64,000 bases of DNA. Source: Camelus dromedarius (taxonomy: Eukaryota). The notes under the pieces were generated by a model, which worked only from the letters and a program-made list of their open reading frames with translations, did not search any database and was not told the origin of the DNA. Within the stretch, counting starts at the first letter, position 1. Each line of letters begins with the position of its first letter. The stretch lies in the NCBI RefSeq assembly GCF_036321535.1, contig NC_087436.1:120530001-120594000 (forward strand), in the 5' to 3' direction. Shown in pieces: positions 62,369-64,000 of this stretch. The position numbers were made by a program, and so were the translations under genes.

Positions 62369-64000
62369 ACTCCATCTACTCGGGAAACGGCCCAGGAAAG
62401 AGGTAGGTGTAACACCCACAGTCAGCACGGACAGTAATGATCACGTACGGAGCCCTTCTGAGAGTCCAGGGATCTCAGAAGGGTTACCTTATGCAATGCT
62501 TGCAGCAAACTTTAAGGCATATATTGTTACTCTTGTTTTATACCCAAGGAAACTGAACTAAGAGAAGTTAAGGAACTTGTCCGAGGTCACACAGTTACAA
62601 AAGGAGCAAGATTTCAACCTTTTATGAATGACCCCCATTTGTCAAACTGGGTTTCTGTGTGTTTTCCGCTGAGGCAGAGGGGAGCAGAGAGACAGTGGAA
62701 CCCAGAGGAGGCACCAAAACCAGGCCTGGCATCAGAGAAGTCTGCCTGGGAGTAGTGAGCACACAGCTGGGCACTGAGGGATGAATAGGAGTTGGCTAGG
62801 GAGAGGAGGTGAGGAAGGACCTTCTAGGTCCCCAGTCAGAGAGCTGGCCTGAGCTTCCCTCTGGCATTCAAGGTAGAAAGGGCAGGCGATTTGACAATTG
62901 CGGCTGGAATGATTGCTCCTCTGTGCAGACAATGAAGACATAGAGCCCTATTTTAAACCCCATACAAAACAAACTCTGGGCAGATTAAAGACCTACGCGT
63001 GAAATGCAAAACTCCAAAACATCAAGAACATCCCAGGAGAACATTCATATAATCTTGGGTCAGAGAATGATTTCTTAATCAGGACAGGAAAGTCCAAGCC
63101 ACAAAGGAGAACGGTGACATTCACCCTGTGATGCGGGTGCAGATGGCGCGGTGGGGGGTGTTTGCGCTACACGTGGCCGTGAAGGTCGGGCTCCCGGCGC
63201 TCACGGAGCACTTCTGGGAGCAGAGCCCCTCCCTCCTCTTTGTCACTCGCTCCTCCTACTCATTCTTGACCCACGTCCACTCATTTGTTCCTTCCACGTG
63301 GCTGTTGCCGAGAGGCCTCCAGCTGGGACGTGGTGCCCATGCTCCCTCAGGGCCTCTCCCTGGGATCCGGACACATGGCAGCTGAGAGGATGCAGCGATT
63401 CTGCACAGCCCACACCCTGGGGCTGCCACAAATGCTTGACCTTGGCCCTCGAGAAGTGTTGAGAGACCCCATGGCGGTGCCCTGCAGGTGCTACAAACCC
63501 GCCAGTTCACGTGGGGAGCCCCTGCGGCAGGGGCCGCACGCTCACACACAGCGGGACCACTTCGGCCTGGGATGGACTGGTTCCTCCCCACAGACAGCTT
63601 GCCCAGGTGCTGTGCCCAGGGTGAGGTGGGGGCGGGAGGGCTTCCTGAGGGAGGTGTTTCCCAAGGTGACACAGGTTCAGAATCCATCTCCCAGCCCCTG
63701 GGACCCGTGGAGGTTGAAAATTCACAGCCTCTCATAAAGCCTCCTCCCTGAAACCTCGCTCAAAAGGATGCAGGCCTTCCTGTGAGCCAAGAAATTTCTG
63801 GGCCACGGGAGAGGCCAAGGGCGCAGAGAAAGCAGGACAGAAGGAAAACGCATTTCAAAGGAGGCTCAAGAATTTGCTGCTCAGGAAATGGCTCTGGAAA
63901 AGTTCAACGGGGCGTTCGGTGGAATCCCAAATATTCCCAGTCAAGAGGAAGGAAGGTTTGTGTTCCCGGGATGAGAGGGCCTGGGGCCTCTGGAGCTCAG

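Noticed and set aside
61207..62561. Long ORFs on both strands sharing peptide segments
   Set aside because: The shared peptides are a by-product of the inverted repeat; there is no domain or splice evidence.
1..64000. CRISPR arrays, operons or prokaryotic defence systems
   Set aside because: The sequence is mammalian with spliced genes; no repeat-spacer array was seen.

Overview
Mammalian genomic DNA, GC-rich. It is most likely camelid, inferred from several copies of a tRNA-derived SINE resembling the camelid vic-1 family. The window holds the head-to-head gene pair ACOX3 and TRMT44. ACOX3 (peroxisomal pristanoyl-CoA oxidase) is on the minus strand, with 12 coding exons from 18031 down to 211, and continues off the left edge. 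TRMT44 (tRNA Um44 2'-O-methyltransferase) is on the plus strand and complete: 11 coding exons, 27727-50728, 734 aa. All exon boundaries were read by hand, are GT-AG and keep the frame. The rest is intron or intergenic sequence with L1, L2, MIR, MaLR, ERV1 LTR and DNA-transposon relics. I found no convincing new gene system. The most unusual structures are: a 146-bp near-perfect inverted repeat (61829-62368); a 28S rRNA 3'-end retrocopy with a long A-tail and target-site duplication inside an L1 (60208-60504); two nested solo LTRs, each with an intact 4-bp TSD (23195-24278); two CpG-rich promoter-like sites sharing a 21-mer; inverted SINE pairs bracketing exons; and local GC-shifted patches in old repeats. 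Repeat family names and comparisons with human come from memory, not from a database search.
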